NCBI GenBank assembly: GCA_963664305.2
Contig: CAXXLV010000001.1
Coordinates: 864,001 to 928,000, forward strand
Origin: an uncultured Aliarcobacter sp.
Lineage (GTDB): Bacteria; Campylobacterota; Campylobacteria; Campylobacterales; Arcobacteraceae
Reading direction: 5' to 3'
DNA: 64,000 nt
Made by a program: the position numbers and the translations under genes. Below are positions 19,518 through 31,166 of the stretch, in pieces (within the stretch, counting starts at the first letter, position 1; each line of letters begins with the position of its first letter). The notes below the pieces were generated by a model. The model was not told where the DNA came from. It searched no databases and worked only from the letters and a program-made list of their open reading frames with translations.

Positions 19518-20513
19518 ATGGCAACAGTTAGTTACAAAGATGCAGGTGTTGATATTGATGCAGGAAATCAATTTGTAGAAAATATTAAACCATACGTTAA
19601 ATCAACAGTAATTCCAGGAGTTTTAGGTGGAATTGGTTCTTTTGCAGGAGCATTCGAGTTACCAAGTGGATATAAAAAACCTGTATTACTTTCAGGAACT
19701 GATGGTGTTGGTACAAAATTAAAATTAGCAATTGATTCTAAAAAATTTGATACAGTTGGTATTGACTTAGTTGCAATGTGTACAAATGATTTATTATGTA
19801 ATTTTGGAGAACCATTATTTTTCCTAGATTATTATGCAACTGCAAAACTTGAAGTTGAAGAAGCAACTCAAGTTGTAAAAGGAATTGCAGAGGGTTGTAT
19901 TAGAAGTGAGTGTGCATTAGTTGGTGGTGAAACTGCTGAAATGCCAGGAATGTATAAAGAAGGTGATTTCGATTTAGCTGGTTTCTGTGTTGGAATAGCT
20001 GAAAAAGATGAATTAAATAGAATTGATAAAATTGCAGTTGGAGATACTTTAATTGCATTACCAAGTTCTGGAGTTCACTCAAATGGTTTTTCATTAGTTA
20101 GAAAACTTTTATTAGAAAAATTAGGAATGTCTTTAGAAGATGATTTCCAAGGAAAACCACTTAAAGATGTTTTACTTGAACCAACTAGAATTTATGTAAA
20201 AGAGTTCAAAGCTAATAAAGATAAAATCAATGCTTTAGCACACATCACTGGTGGTGGAATTACTGAAAACTTACCAAGAGTTTTACCAGATAATTTTAAA
20301 GCAGTTGTTGATAGAAGTAAAATCAAAGTTTTACCAATTTTTGAATTTATGGGTAAACATGTAGAACTTGAAGAGATGTATAGAACATTTAACATGGGTG
20401 TAGGAATGGTTTTAGTTGTAAATCCTTCAAATGTTGATGCAATCTTAGCAAACACTGATGGATATGTTATTGGACATATTGCTGAGGGTGCAAAAGGTGT
20501 AGAGTTTATCTAA
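19518..20513 (+). CDS. purM: Phosphoribosylformylglycinamidine cyclo-ligase
   Basis: YKDAGVDID, DGVGTK, GGETAEMPG, HSNGFSL, HITGGG. Confidence 0.97.
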   Translation: MATVSYKDAGVDIDAGNQFVENIKPYVKSTVIPGVLGGIGSFAGAFELPSGYKKPVLLSGTDGVGTKLKLAIDSKKFDTVGIDLVAMCTNDLLCNFGEPLFFLDYYATAKLEVEEATQVVKGIAEGCIRSECALVGGETAEMPGMYKEGDFDLAGFCVGIAEKDELNRIDKIAVGDTLIALPSSGVHSNGFSLVRKLLLEKLGMSLEDDFQGKPLKDVLLEPTRIYVKEFKANKDKINALAHITGGGITENLPRVLPDNFKAVVDRSKIKVLPIFEFMGKHVELEEMYRTFNMGVGMVLVVNPSNVDAILANTDGYVIGHIAEGAKGVEFI

Positions 20514-20537
20514 TTCTTAGATAAATTCCATTTTTTT

Positions 20538-20569
20538 AAAAGGCAAGTATTTTTTACTTGCCTTTTTTT
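20538..20569. terminator. Bidirectional terminator between purM and gap-like gene
   Basis: AAAAGGCAAGTA-TTTTT-TACTTGCCTTTT 12-bp stem with T run. Confidence 0.8.
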
Positions 20570-21585
20570 ATTTCTTCATAATATTTTAAAATCTCAACAA
20601 CTTTTGAAGCATAACCCCATTCATTGTCATACCAAAGTAGTAGTTTAATCATATTGTTCTTTACTTCTAAATATCTAAAATCAACTATGGTTGTATATTT
20701 TTCCTTTTTAAAATCACTTGAAACTAAAGGTTCAATATTATTTAGAATTATTGGAAATTGTTGATTTTTTTCATACTCTTTAAAAAGTTCTATAATCTCA
20801 TTTTTTGTTGAACTTTTTTTTGTAAATAAAGTTACATTTATAGCACCAACTGTATCTGTTGGAACTCTCAAAGAGTTTGATGAGATAAGGTCTTGATTGA
20901 ATTTTTCTAAAACATAAGAACATGCCTTTATAGTAGTTGTTTTATTTGGAATAATATTTTGAGTTGAAGACCTTCCAAATTCAAAATTACAATCAACTTC
21001 TCTAGTTGGGCTTCCAACAAAACTTCCATCTAAAACTCTTTGATGATTTAAAAGAGGGTGAATAGTAACTATATCTCCACATAAAATCTTTTTATTTTCA
21101 TCTATTAGTTTTAAAGCTGGAAGTAGGGCAGTTGCATTACATGAACTTGTAGAGATGATTTTATGAATAGTTGGATTTAGTTTCTCTTCATTTGCTCCCA
21201 AAATCACATTTATATCTGCATTTTTGTTTGGGTGAGTTAAAAAAATAGCACTAACAGGAAGACTTTTTAGAAGATTTATATCCTCTTTTTTTCCACTAGA
21301 ATCAATAATAATATCTATATTTGTTAAATCAAGTTTATCTAGGGAATTAAAATTTGTGATTTTTATTTTTGAGTTTTTATTTTTTATATAGTTATTTTCA
21401 ACTATTTCAAATTTATTTTCAAGTTTTCCATAAGTTGAATCATAGTTTATAGAATAAACTATATTTTCAATATATGGATTTATTTCATTTATAATAACTA
21501 TTTCAAAATCTTTATAATCTAGTAACTGTTTTAAAACAGCCTTACCAATTCTTCCTGCACCATTTAAAAGTACTTTTATTGCCAT
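20554..21585 (-). CDS. Divergent GAPDH/Epd-family aldehyde dehydrogenase
   Basis: NGAGRIG, YDSTYG, SSCNATAL, LRVPT, WYDNEWGYA. Confidence 0.85.
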   Translation of the reverse strand: MAIKVLLNGAGRIGKAVLKQLLDYKDFEIVIINEINPYIENIVYSINYDSTYGKLENKFEIVENNYIKNKNSKIKITNFNSLDKLDLTNIDIIIDSSGKKEDINLLKSLPVSAIFLTHPNKNADINVILGANEEKLNPTIHKIISTSSCNATALLPALKLIDENKKILCGDIVTIHPLLNHQRVLDGSFVGSPTREVDCNFEFGRSSTQNIIPNKTTTIKACSYVLEKFNQDLISSNSLRVPTDTVGAINVTLFTKKSSTKNEIIELFKEYEKNQQFPIILNNIEPLVSSDFKKEKYTTIVDFRYLEVKNNMIKLLLWYDNEWGYASKVVEILKYYEEIKKGK

Positions 21586-21641
21586 AACTTAACCTATACA
21601 AATTTTATAATTGGTAGTATAGTTTAATTTTATTTATATAA

Positions 21642-22340
21642 TTATTTTCTTTCCATTTCTATGAATAAAATATGACTCTTTGTAAGAGGTTTAACTGTTA
21701 ATTTATCAACGTCAACTATTTCCATTGCATCACCATTTTCTAAAGTGATACCATTTATATTTGAACTTCCTTCAATTTGTACAAAGTATACTTGTCTATT
21801 TTCTTTTATTTCAAAATCAAAATCTTTATCAAATTCACTTACATAAATATTTATATCTTGATAGATTTTTATATCACTATCACCATCTTGTGATGATACA
21901 ATTTTTAACAACTTATTAGCTCTTTCATTTTCTTCATATTTCTTTGAACCATAAAGTCTTGGCAGACCAGCTTTGGGAGGAATAATCCAAATCTGTAAAA
22001 GTCTTAAATCATCACTATTATGAAGATTATGTTCACTATGATAAATGCCATCACCAGCACTTAAATATTGAACTTCTCCTCTTTTTAGAGTTTCACTATT
22101 TCCCATAGAATCTTTGTGAGTAATCTCTCCATTTACAACATAAGAGATTATTTCCATATTTGAATGTGGATGTGTATCAAATCCTGACATAGGATGCACA
22201 ATATCATCATTTAAAACTCGCAAAACTCCAAAGTTTATATTATTTGGATTTCTATACTCTGCAAAACTAAAATGAAAACGACTCTCTAACCAACCAAGAT
22301 TAGATGTTCCCATATTTCCTTTTGGTAATTTTTTTAACAT
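21642..22340 (-). CDS. Pirin family protein (YhhW-like)
   Basis: HFSFAEY, GVLRVLNDD, HPHSNMEIISY, AGDGIYHSE, LQIWI. Confidence 0.93.
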   Translation of the reverse strand: MLKKLPKGNMGTSNLGWLESRFHFSFAEYRNPNNINFGVLRVLNDDIVHPMSGFDTHPHSNMEIISYVVNGEITHKDSMGNSETLKRGEVQYLSAGDGIYHSEHNLHNSDDLRLLQIWIIPPKAGLPRLYGSKKYEENERANKLLKIVSSQDGDSDIKIYQDINIYVSEFDKDFDFEIKENRQVYFVQIEGSSNINGITLENGDAMEIVDVDKLTVKPLTKSHILFIEMERK

Positions 22341-22343
22341 AAT

Positions 22344-22847
22344 TTACTCCTTTACTAAGGTTTCAAATTGTGAAAGAATTCTCTCTAAACTATCAACATT
22401 ACATTTTTTTTCATAAGTTGTAATAATTTCTCTTGGCATTACAACTGCACCAAGTCTTGTAAATTGGCTTCTTAATGCATTTAATAAATCTTGTCCATTA
22501 CTTCCTGAATGAGTTGCAAGTTGAATTTTTTTCAAAGTAAATAATTTTCTAAAATTATCTCCAATTCTTGAAACCCATGCTATCATATTTACAAGTACAG
22601 GAGGAACACTAAAATTATATTCAGGTGAAACAAAAATATAAGCAGTTGCATTTTCCATCTCATTCGCTAAATCTAAAGCAATTTGAGGAATACCATCATG
22701 TTGTTCTTTAAAAGTATCATACATTGGTAGATTTAACTCTACCAAATTTATTATTTTCGAATTTATATTTTTATTATCTAATTTATCTTTTATTATATTT
22801 GCAAGATTTACATTTTCATTTAAACTTGCTACAAAAATTAATATCAT
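22344..22847 (-). CDS. NAD(P)H-dependent FMN reductase family protein
   Basis: SPEYNFSVPPVLVNMIAW motif, flavodoxin-like size. Confidence 0.88.
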   Translation of the reverse strand: MILIFVASLNENVNLANIIKDKLDNKNINSKIINLVELNLPMYDTFKEQHDGIPQIALDLANEMENATAYIFVSPEYNFSVPPVLVNMIAWVSRIGDNFRKLFTLKKIQLATHSGSNGQDLLNALRSQFTRLGAVVMPREIITTYEKKCNVDSLERILSQFETLVKE

Positions 22848-22859
22848 TTTTAACTCCTT

Positions 22860-23624
22860 TTATTTATCAAAAATGAAGCTTTCCATTGAAATATTTGAAT
22901 ATTGCATTTCACTATTTATTGATTTTCCTTTTTTATCTATAGCATTACCAAAAGCTATAAATAAAGGTAAAAAATGTTCGCTTGATGGATGGTTTTTTCG
23001 GAAATTTATATCTGATGTAATATTTAATAAACCATTTTTATCACTATTTTCTATAATATATTTAATTTTTTCATTAAAATCTTTTGCATAACTTTTAGGA
23101 GTAAGGCTATAACTCATATCTCCAAGATTGTGAGTAACACCACCACTACAAATAATCATTGCGTCATCTTTAAAAACTTTTAATTTTTCACCTAAATTCA
23201 TTAGTTCAGATGGACTATATGAATAAGGAATACTTAGTTGAAGAACAGGAATGTCTAACTTTTCATATAATAAAGCTAGAACATTCCATACTCCATGATC
23301 ATAACTTTTTCTGCTCTCATCGATAGATATATTTATATTCTCTTTTTTTAAAGTTTCGATGAGGTTGGAAGTTAAATCTTTATCACTATTTATTTCATAA
23401 ACAACTTTATATAATTCATCTTCAAAGCCATAAAAATCGTACATAATTTTATTTGCTTCAGGGCTAATAATTTTTAATTCATTTGTAACATAATGTGCAG
23501 AAACAATTATTATATATTTAGGAATAGATAAACTTTTTCCTAGTTTTTGAAAATTCCTTTTTGATTTAGAGTCACTTAAAATTATATTTGGTGCTCCGTG
23601 TGAAATAAATAGTGTTGGATACAT
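22860..23624 (-). CDS. LigB/DODA-type extradiol ring-cleavage dioxygenase (YgiD-like)
   Basis: PTLFISHGAP, SAH, YDFYGF, DHGVW, GGVTHNL, HPSSEHFLPL. Confidence 0.92.
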   Translation of the reverse strand: MYPTLFISHGAPNIILSDSKSKRNFQKLGKSLSIPKYIIIVSAHYVTNELKIISPEANKIMYDFYGFEDELYKVVYEINSDKDLTSNLIETLKKENINISIDESRKSYDHGVWNVLALLYEKLDIPVLQLSIPYSYSPSELMNLGEKLKVFKDDAMIICSGGVTHNLGDMSYSLTPKSYAKDFNEKIKYIIENSDKNGLLNITSDINFRKNHPSSEHFLPLFIAFGNAIDKKGKSINSEMQYSNISMESFIFDK

Positions 23625-23635
23625 TTTTCCCTCAA

Positions 23636-23839
23636 TTATTTTTCATGTGAACCATCACAGAATGGTGCATTTGCTGTTTTTTTACAGCCACATAAATGAT
23701 ACTCTTTAGTTTCACTTACAGTAAAAACTTTTGGTGTAAATTCAGTTCCTTTGTGTGAACCATTACAGAAAACTCCATCTGTACCTTTACCACATGTACA
23801 GTAGTAATATTCTTTGTTTGCTTCTAATAAAGTTGCCAT
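23636..23839 (-). CDS. CDGSH iron-sulfur domain protein (two tandem motifs)
   Basis: CTCGK...FCNGSH and CGCKKT...PFCDGSH. Confidence 0.92.
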   Translation of the reverse strand: MATLLEANKEYYYCTCGKGTDGVFCNGSHKGTEFTPKVFTVSETKEYHLCGCKKTANAPFCDGSHEK

Positions 23840-23864
23840 TTTTTATCCTTTAAATTTTAGCTAA

Positions 23865-24431
23865 TTACTTAGCTAAAATTCCTTCAATTTCTACATCTAA
23901 TTTAACAGTTTCATCAACTAACATTCCACCAGTTTCTAAAACTTTATTCCATTTTAAACCAAAATCAGTTCTATTGATTTTTCCTGATAATGCTAAAGCA
24001 ACTCTTGTATTTCCCCATGGATCAATCGCAGTTCCATTATTTTCTAAATCAAGTTTAACATCTTTAGTTACACCTTTGATAGTTAATTTTCCATAAGCTG
24101 CATCTTTTTCAACTTTATCTAATTTAAAAGTTAGTTTTGGGAAGTTTGCTTCATCAAAAAAATCTGCAGATTTTAAGTGACCATCTCTTTTTTCATCTTC
24201 AGTATTGATTGAAGCAACAGTTACATCACCAACTAAACTTTTTAATGTTTTTGTTTTTTCATCATATTCAAACGAACCATTGAATGTATCAAATTTTCCA
24301 GATACATTTGAAATCATTAAGTGTTTAATTTTAAACCCAACATTTGAATGACTCGCGTCAACATTATAAGTTCCTGCAAAAAGAGCACTTGAAGCGATAA
24401 CTGAAGCTAATCCTAATTTTAAAAATTTCAT
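23865..24431 (-). CDS. YceI family periplasmic polyisoprenoid-binding protein
   Basis: Signal peptide; HSNVGFKIKH, RDGHLKSADFFD, GKLTIKGVTK, INRTDFG. Confidence 0.93.
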   Translation of the reverse strand: MKFLKLGLASVIASSALFAGTYNVDASHSNVGFKIKHLMISNVSGKFDTFNGSFEYDEKTKTLKSLVGDVTVASINTEDEKRDGHLKSADFFDEANFPKLTFKLDKVEKDAAYGKLTIKGVTKDVKLDLENNGTAIDPWGNTRVALALSGKINRTDFGLKWNKVLETGGMLVDETVKLDVEIEGILAK

Positions 24432-24455
24432 TTTTTATTCCTTATTTTTATTATT

Positions 24456-24473
24456 TTATATTACTAATTAGTA
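24456..24473. promoter_or_regulatory. Putative MarR operator upstream of yceI-like gene
   Basis: TTATATTACTAATTAGTA, identical to 24966-24983; contains palindrome TACTAATTAGTA. Confidence 0.7.
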
Positions 24474-24493
24474 CTTTTAAAGCAAAAAAATAT

Positions 24494-24952
24494 TTAATTT
24501 GCTTTGTAAACCTTATTCAATAAATCATATAAAGTATCCAATTCTTCATCACTTAAAACTTCTAATGCTTTATGTAAATTTTTTGCGTGATTTGGAAAAA
24601 CTTCTTCAATAATATCTCTACCTTTTTGTGTAATTGATAAAATTGATGCTCTATTATCATTTGGGTCTTTTATTGATGTAATCCATTCATCTCTTTTTAA
24701 ATTTTTTACAACAACAGTGATATTCCCTGGTGTGCTCATTGTTAATTTTGTGATTGAACCAATATTTAAATCACCTAAATGATATAAAACTTCTAATACT
24801 TTAAATTGATTAAACGTTAGATTATGTTTCGATAAATAATTAACAGTTAAATTTGTGATTTTTAAACTTGCTTTTTCTAATCTAACAACAGTTTTCATAG
24901 ATTTATCAGTTCTTGAACCATATGATTTTAAAGTTTTATTATTCATTGACAT
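24494..24952 (-). CDS. MarR family transcriptional regulator
   Basis: LTFNQFKVLEVLYH...GNITVVVKNL...DPNDNR...ITQKG winged helix pattern. Confidence 0.92.
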   Translation of the reverse strand: MSMNNKTLKSYGSRTDKSMKTVVRLEKASLKITNLTVNYLSKHNLTFNQFKVLEVLYHLGDLNIGSITKLTMSTPGNITVVVKNLKRDEWITSIKDPNDNRASILSITQKGRDIIEEVFPNHAKNLHKALEVLSDEELDTLYDLLNKVYKAN

Positions 24953-24964
24953 ACTCCTTGTGAA

Positions 24965-24993
24965 ATTATATTACTAATTAGTAATAATGTCAA
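24965..24993 (-). promoter_or_regulatory. Consensus sigma70 promoter of marR with 18-bp palindromic operator
   Basis: Minus strand TTGACA (24993-24988), 17 bp spacer, TATAAT (24970-24965); perfect palindrome TATTACTAATTAGTAATA at 24969-24986. Confidence 0.85.
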
Positions 24994-25010
24994 GAGTAAA
25001 TTAAAAAAAT

Positions 25011-25634
25011 TTATGATTTTTTTGCTGTTGACATTAGAAATGCCGCAAATATAAGGAATAAGCCAGTAATTCTATTTTGAATTTTTAAAGCTTTTACATC
25101 TTTTAATAGAAATTTTAATTTTGATGCCATTGAAGAATATCCAATCATAACAAAAATATCTACTAAACTTAATGTTAAACTAATAATTAAAAATTGAAAT
25201 AAAATTGATTCATTAGGATTCAAAAATTGAGGGATAAATGCAACTAAAAAAACAGTAGCTTTTATATTTGTAAGATTAATTAATGTTGCACTTAGTAATA
25301 CTTTTTTTGGATTATAAGAGTTTATTTTTTCTTCATTATTTATAACTTCAACTTTTTTAAAAAAAGCATTTAATCCTAAATACAAAAGATAACAAACACC
25401 AATCCATTTTATAATATTAAAAAGTAAAATTGATTTAGCAATTAATGAACCAAGACCGATAATTACAATTAACATTTGAATTATATATCCAAATTGTAAT
25501 CCAAGTATTGCCCAAAGTGATTTTTTTAAACCATAATTAATTCCATAATTCATAGAAAGTACTGCTCCAGCTCCTGGTGAAACAGAAATAGCAATTGCAG
25601 CTAAAAAGAGAGTTAACCAAATCTCAAAACTCAT
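25011..25634 (-). CDS. LysE/RhtB family amino acid exporter
   Basis: SPGAG, KWIGVCYLLYLG, FIPQF; about six TM segments. Confidence 0.9.
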   Translation of the reverse strand: MSFEIWLTLFLAAIAISVSPGAGAVLSMNYGINYGLKKSLWAILGLQFGYIIQMLIVIIGLGSLIAKSILLFNIIKWIGVCYLLYLGLNAFFKKVEVINNEEKINSYNPKKVLLSATLINLTNIKATVFLVAFIPQFLNPNESILFQFLIISLTLSLVDIFVMIGYSSMASKLKFLLKDVKALKIQNRITGLFLIFAAFLMSTAKKS

Positions 25635-25754
25635 AAAATATGTCCTAATTTTTTGAAATTATACAACATGAAACTTACTTAACCGATTAATAAACTATAT
25701 TTAGATAAAATGTTTCGTTTTGCTATAAAAGAATGAAAATATAAGGATAATGAA

Positions 25755-26861
25755 ATGCTATTAACACCAGGTCCAACTCCTGTACCAGAATTTGTTAGAA
25801 AAGCAATGTCAGATGTTACTATACATCATAGAACTGAAGAGTTTGAAGCAATTTTTAAAAATACTAGAGAATTATTATTAGAATTATACGGAATGCCTGA
25901 AGTTGTAATGTTAGCTTCAAGTGGAACAGGTGCAATGGAGGCTTGTGTTACAAATTTAACACATAAAAAAGCACTTACTGTTAATTCTGGAAAATTTGGT
26001 GAGAGATTCGGAAAAATTTGTGCTGCTTTTGGTATTGAATATACTGAAATTAAAAATGAATGGAATACTCCTGTATCAGTAGATGCTGTTGTTGAAGCTG
26101 TAAAAGCTGATTCATCAATTGATGCTGTATTCATTCAAATTTGTGAAAGTGCTGGAGGTTTAAGACACCCAGTTGAGCAAATTGCTGCAGAAGTTAAAAA
26201 AATCAATAAAGATATTATGATTATTGCTGATGGAATTACAGCTATTGGTGTTGAAAAAATTGATACAACAAATCTTGATGCAGTTGTAACAGGAAGCCAA
26301 AAAGCTTTAATGTTACCTCCTGGTCTTGCAATGATTGGATTCTCAAATGCAGCTGTTGCAAAAATTGAGTCAAAACCAAGAGGTTATTATTTTAATCTTG
26401 CAATTGAAATCAAAAAACAAAGAACAAATACAACTGCTTGGACAGCTGCAACAACTTTAATCATTGGATTAGGTGCAATTTTAGAAAAATTAAAAGCTGA
26501 TGGATTTGAAAACTTATATGCTAAAACAGCTTTAAGAGCAAAAGCTACAAGAGAAGCTTTAAAAGCAATTGGTTTTGAAATATATCCAAAAACTCCAGCA
26601 GATGCAATGACAACAGCTTATACAGAACAATCAAGTGCAATTAGAAAAATATTAAAAAATAAATATAATGTAAATATTGCAGGTGGTCAAGATCATTTAG
26701 CTGGTAAAATCTTTAGAATTAATCACATGGGATTAGTAGAAGATTATGAAGCTTCATGGGCTGTAAATGCAGTTGAATTAGCACTTGATGATTTAGGTAT
26801 TAGAACATTTGATGGAACAGCAAATAAAGTTTTTGCATCAAATATGTTTAAAGGAAATTAA
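25755..26861 (+). CDS. Class V PLP aminotransferase (alanine-glyoxylate/phosphoserine aminotransferase-like)
   Basis: LTPGPTPVP, SSGTGAMEA, GSQKALMLPPGL, FRINHMG. Confidence 0.9.
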   Translation: MLLTPGPTPVPEFVRKAMSDVTIHHRTEEFEAIFKNTRELLLELYGMPEVVMLASSGTGAMEACVTNLTHKKALTVNSGKFGERFGKICAAFGIEYTEIKNEWNTPVSVDAVVEAVKADSSIDAVFIQICESAGGLRHPVEQIAAEVKKINKDIMIIADGITAIGVEKIDTTNLDAVVTGSQKALMLPPGLAMIGFSNAAVAKIESKPRGYYFNLAIEIKKQRTNTTAWTAATTLIIGLGAILEKLKADGFENLYAKTALRAKATREALKAIGFEIYPKTPADAMTTAYTEQSSAIRKILKNKYNVNIAGGQDHLAGKIFRINHMGLVEDYEASWAVNAVELALDDLGIRTFDGTANKVFASNMFKGN

Positions 26862-26866
26862 TAAGA

Positions 26867-28965
<2,099 letters not shown>

Positions 28966-28970
28966 AAAAT

Positions 28971-29522
28971 ATGAGGTTAAAATTACATCATACGCCATAT
29001 GTCTCAAGAAGAATAACTAGAGATTTAGCTAATTGTGAATTTGTAGAAATAAGAAAAGATAAAAATGCTATTGAAGCAGAAGTAGAAAGAATACTTGATG
29101 CTGATATTGAAAAAGAGTTTGCATTAGATGAAAAAGTTCAAGAGATTTTAGAAGCACAAGAAGAAGAGATTGAGTATTTAAATGCTGATAGAAGACAACT
29201 TTTCTGGATGACAAAAAAGAGATTGGCAAATGATTATGGAGTTATTTTAAATAATGAAGATAGATTTTCTGATATTGCACATAAAATATTAGATTATCTA
29301 TGGGAAGAAGATTTTATACACTATACATGCTCAGACAATCAAGTAAAAAATGTAATTTTTAGCTCATTAGATGATTTTATAAAAGGTTTTGAAAAAGCTG
29401 ATAGTGAAGTATTAACAAAACTGAAAAATTACAAAAGAAAACTTATCCCTGGAACTGAGGATTATGATTTAGTTTATCATAGACTATATGAAGAGGAATT
29501 AATAAAAAGAGGATTAATATAA
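28971..29522 (+). CDS. DUF507 family protein
   Basis: C-terminal YKRKLIPGTEDYDLVYHRLYEEE pattern; position upstream of carA. Confidence 0.75.
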   Translation: MRLKLHHTPYVSRRITRDLANCEFVEIRKDKNAIEAEVERILDADIEKEFALDEKVQEILEAQEEEIEYLNADRRQLFWMTKKRLANDYGVILNNEDRFSDIAHKILDYLWEEDFIHYTCSDNQVKNVIFSSLDDFIKGFEKADSEVLTKLKNYKRKLIPGTEDYDLVYHRLYEEELIKRGLI

Positions 29523-30641
29523 ATGCAAAATGTATGGATATATTTAGAAAATGGGACTTTTTTAGAGGCAAAATCTTTTGGTGCAACAGGAACAGCTGTT
29601 GGAGAAATTGTTTTTAATACTTCATTAACTGGTTATCAAGAAATTATCTCAGATCCATCTTATGCAGGACAATTTATTACTTTTACAATGCCAGAAATTG
29701 GTAATGTTGGAGTAAATGCAGATGATATGGAGAGCAAAACTTGTCACTGTAAAGGAGTATTAGTTAGAAATTATCATAATGATTACTCAAATTATAGAGC
29801 ACAAAATGATTTAGATTCTTTATTAAAAGAGCATGGTGTTTTAGGAATTTGTGAAATAGATACAAGATATTTAACTAAAATGATTAGAGATGAGGGAGCT
29901 ATGATGATGATAGCTTCAACTGAAATTTCTGATAAAGAAGAGTTAGCAAAACAATTAAAAGCAAGTCCTAGAATTGAAGATATAAATTATATTGAACAAG
30001 TATCAACAAAAGAGAGTTATATTCACAAAAGTGGAGCATGGAATCATGCAATTAAAGCTTATGATAAAGCTGTGATGAGTGATAAAAAAGTTGTTGTAAT
30101 TGATTTTGGTGTAAAAAGAAATATATTAAATGAATTAGTTCAAGCTGGTCTTGAAGTTGAAGTTGTACCTTCAACTTTTAAAGGTGAAGATTTAATAGCT
30201 AGATTTGAAGCTAAAGAGATTGGTGGAGTATTCTTATCAAATGGACCAGGTGACCCACTTACTTTAACTGCTGAGAAAAAAGAAGTACAAAAACTTATCA
30301 ATGCAAATATTCCAATGTTTGCTATTTGTTTAGGTCATCAAATGCTTTCTATTGCTCATGGATATGATACATATAAATTGAAGTTTGGTCAACATGGTGG
30401 TAACCATCCAGTTGCAAATAATGGTGTAGTTGAAATTACAGCTCAAAATCATAATTATAATGTACCTGATAATATTATTGAAATAGCAGATATTACACAT
30501 ATTAACTTATTTGATAATACTATTGAAGGTGTTAAATATAAAAATAAAGAGATTTTTTCAGTTCAGCATCACCCAGAAGCAAGTCCTGGACCACATGAAT
30601 CAAAATATATCTTCAAACAATTTGCAGAGATAGTGAAGTAA
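29523..30641 (+). CDS. carA: Carbamoyl-phosphate synthase small subunit
   Basis: GEIVFNTSLTGYQE, LSNGPGDP, ICLGHQ, HPEASPGPH. Confidence 0.97.
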   Translation: MQNVWIYLENGTFLEAKSFGATGTAVGEIVFNTSLTGYQEIISDPSYAGQFITFTMPEIGNVGVNADDMESKTCHCKGVLVRNYHNDYSNYRAQNDLDSLLKEHGVLGICEIDTRYLTKMIRDEGAMMMIASTEISDKEELAKQLKASPRIEDINYIEQVSTKESYIHKSGAWNHAIKAYDKAVMSDKKVVVIDFGVKRNILNELVQAGLEVEVVPSTFKGEDLIARFEAKEIGGVFLSNGPGDPLTLTAEKKEVQKLINANIPMFAICLGHQMLSIAHGYDTYKLKFGQHGGNHPVANNGVVEITAQNHNYNVPDNIIEIADITHINLFDNTIEGVKYKNKEIFSVQHHPEASPGPHESKYIFKQFAEIVK

Positions 30642-30654
30642 TTCACTATCTTTT
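30628..30654 (+). terminator. Terminator after carA
   Basis: AGATAGTGAA-GTAA-TTCACTATCT followed by TTT. Confidence 0.65.
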
Positions 30655-30672
30655 AGTAATTAAGATTTTAAA

Positions 30673-31155
30673 TTAGTTAGGAAGTAAAAACTTAGCAATC
30701 ACTTGATAAGTTCCAGCAGTTGCAATTCCAGCAGCTATTCCTGCAACTATATCATCACCCATAACACCTAATCCACCTTTTACATCTCTGTCAATTTTAC
30801 CTATAATTGAAGGCTTCCAAATATCAAAAAGTCTAAAAAATATAAAAGCTAAAGGTGCCATATAAATAAGATTTTCACTGTTAATTCCACAAATAGCTAA
30901 AGCAATCCACATTCCAGCTAATTCATCAATAACTATTTCACTATTATCATGAATACCAGACTCTTTTTCATAAGCATCAATTTGTTTAATAGCAATTACA
31001 GTTACAAGTAAAGATAATAAAAATAGAGTTGAAGGATGTAAAATCTCTAATAGAAAAAGTCCTAAAATCAAAGATACAAATGAACCAACAGTTCCAGGAG
31101 CTTTTGGGCTTAATCCACTAAAACCAACTGTTAAAAAAAATCTTCTAAAGTTCAT
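30673..31155 (-). CDS. pgpA: Phosphatidylglycerophosphatase A
   Basis: PKAPGTVGS, IVIDELAG, FRLFDIWKP, GVMGDD. Confidence 0.95.
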   Translation of the reverse strand: MNFRRFFLTVGFSGLSPKAPGTVGSFVSLILGLFLLEILHPSTLFLLSLLVTVIAIKQIDAYEKESGIHDNSEIVIDELAGMWIALAICGINSENLIYMAPLAFIFFRLFDIWKPSIIGKIDRDVKGGLGVMGDDIVAGIAAGIATAGTYQVIAKFLLPN

Positions 31156-31166
31156 AAAGTATCCTT

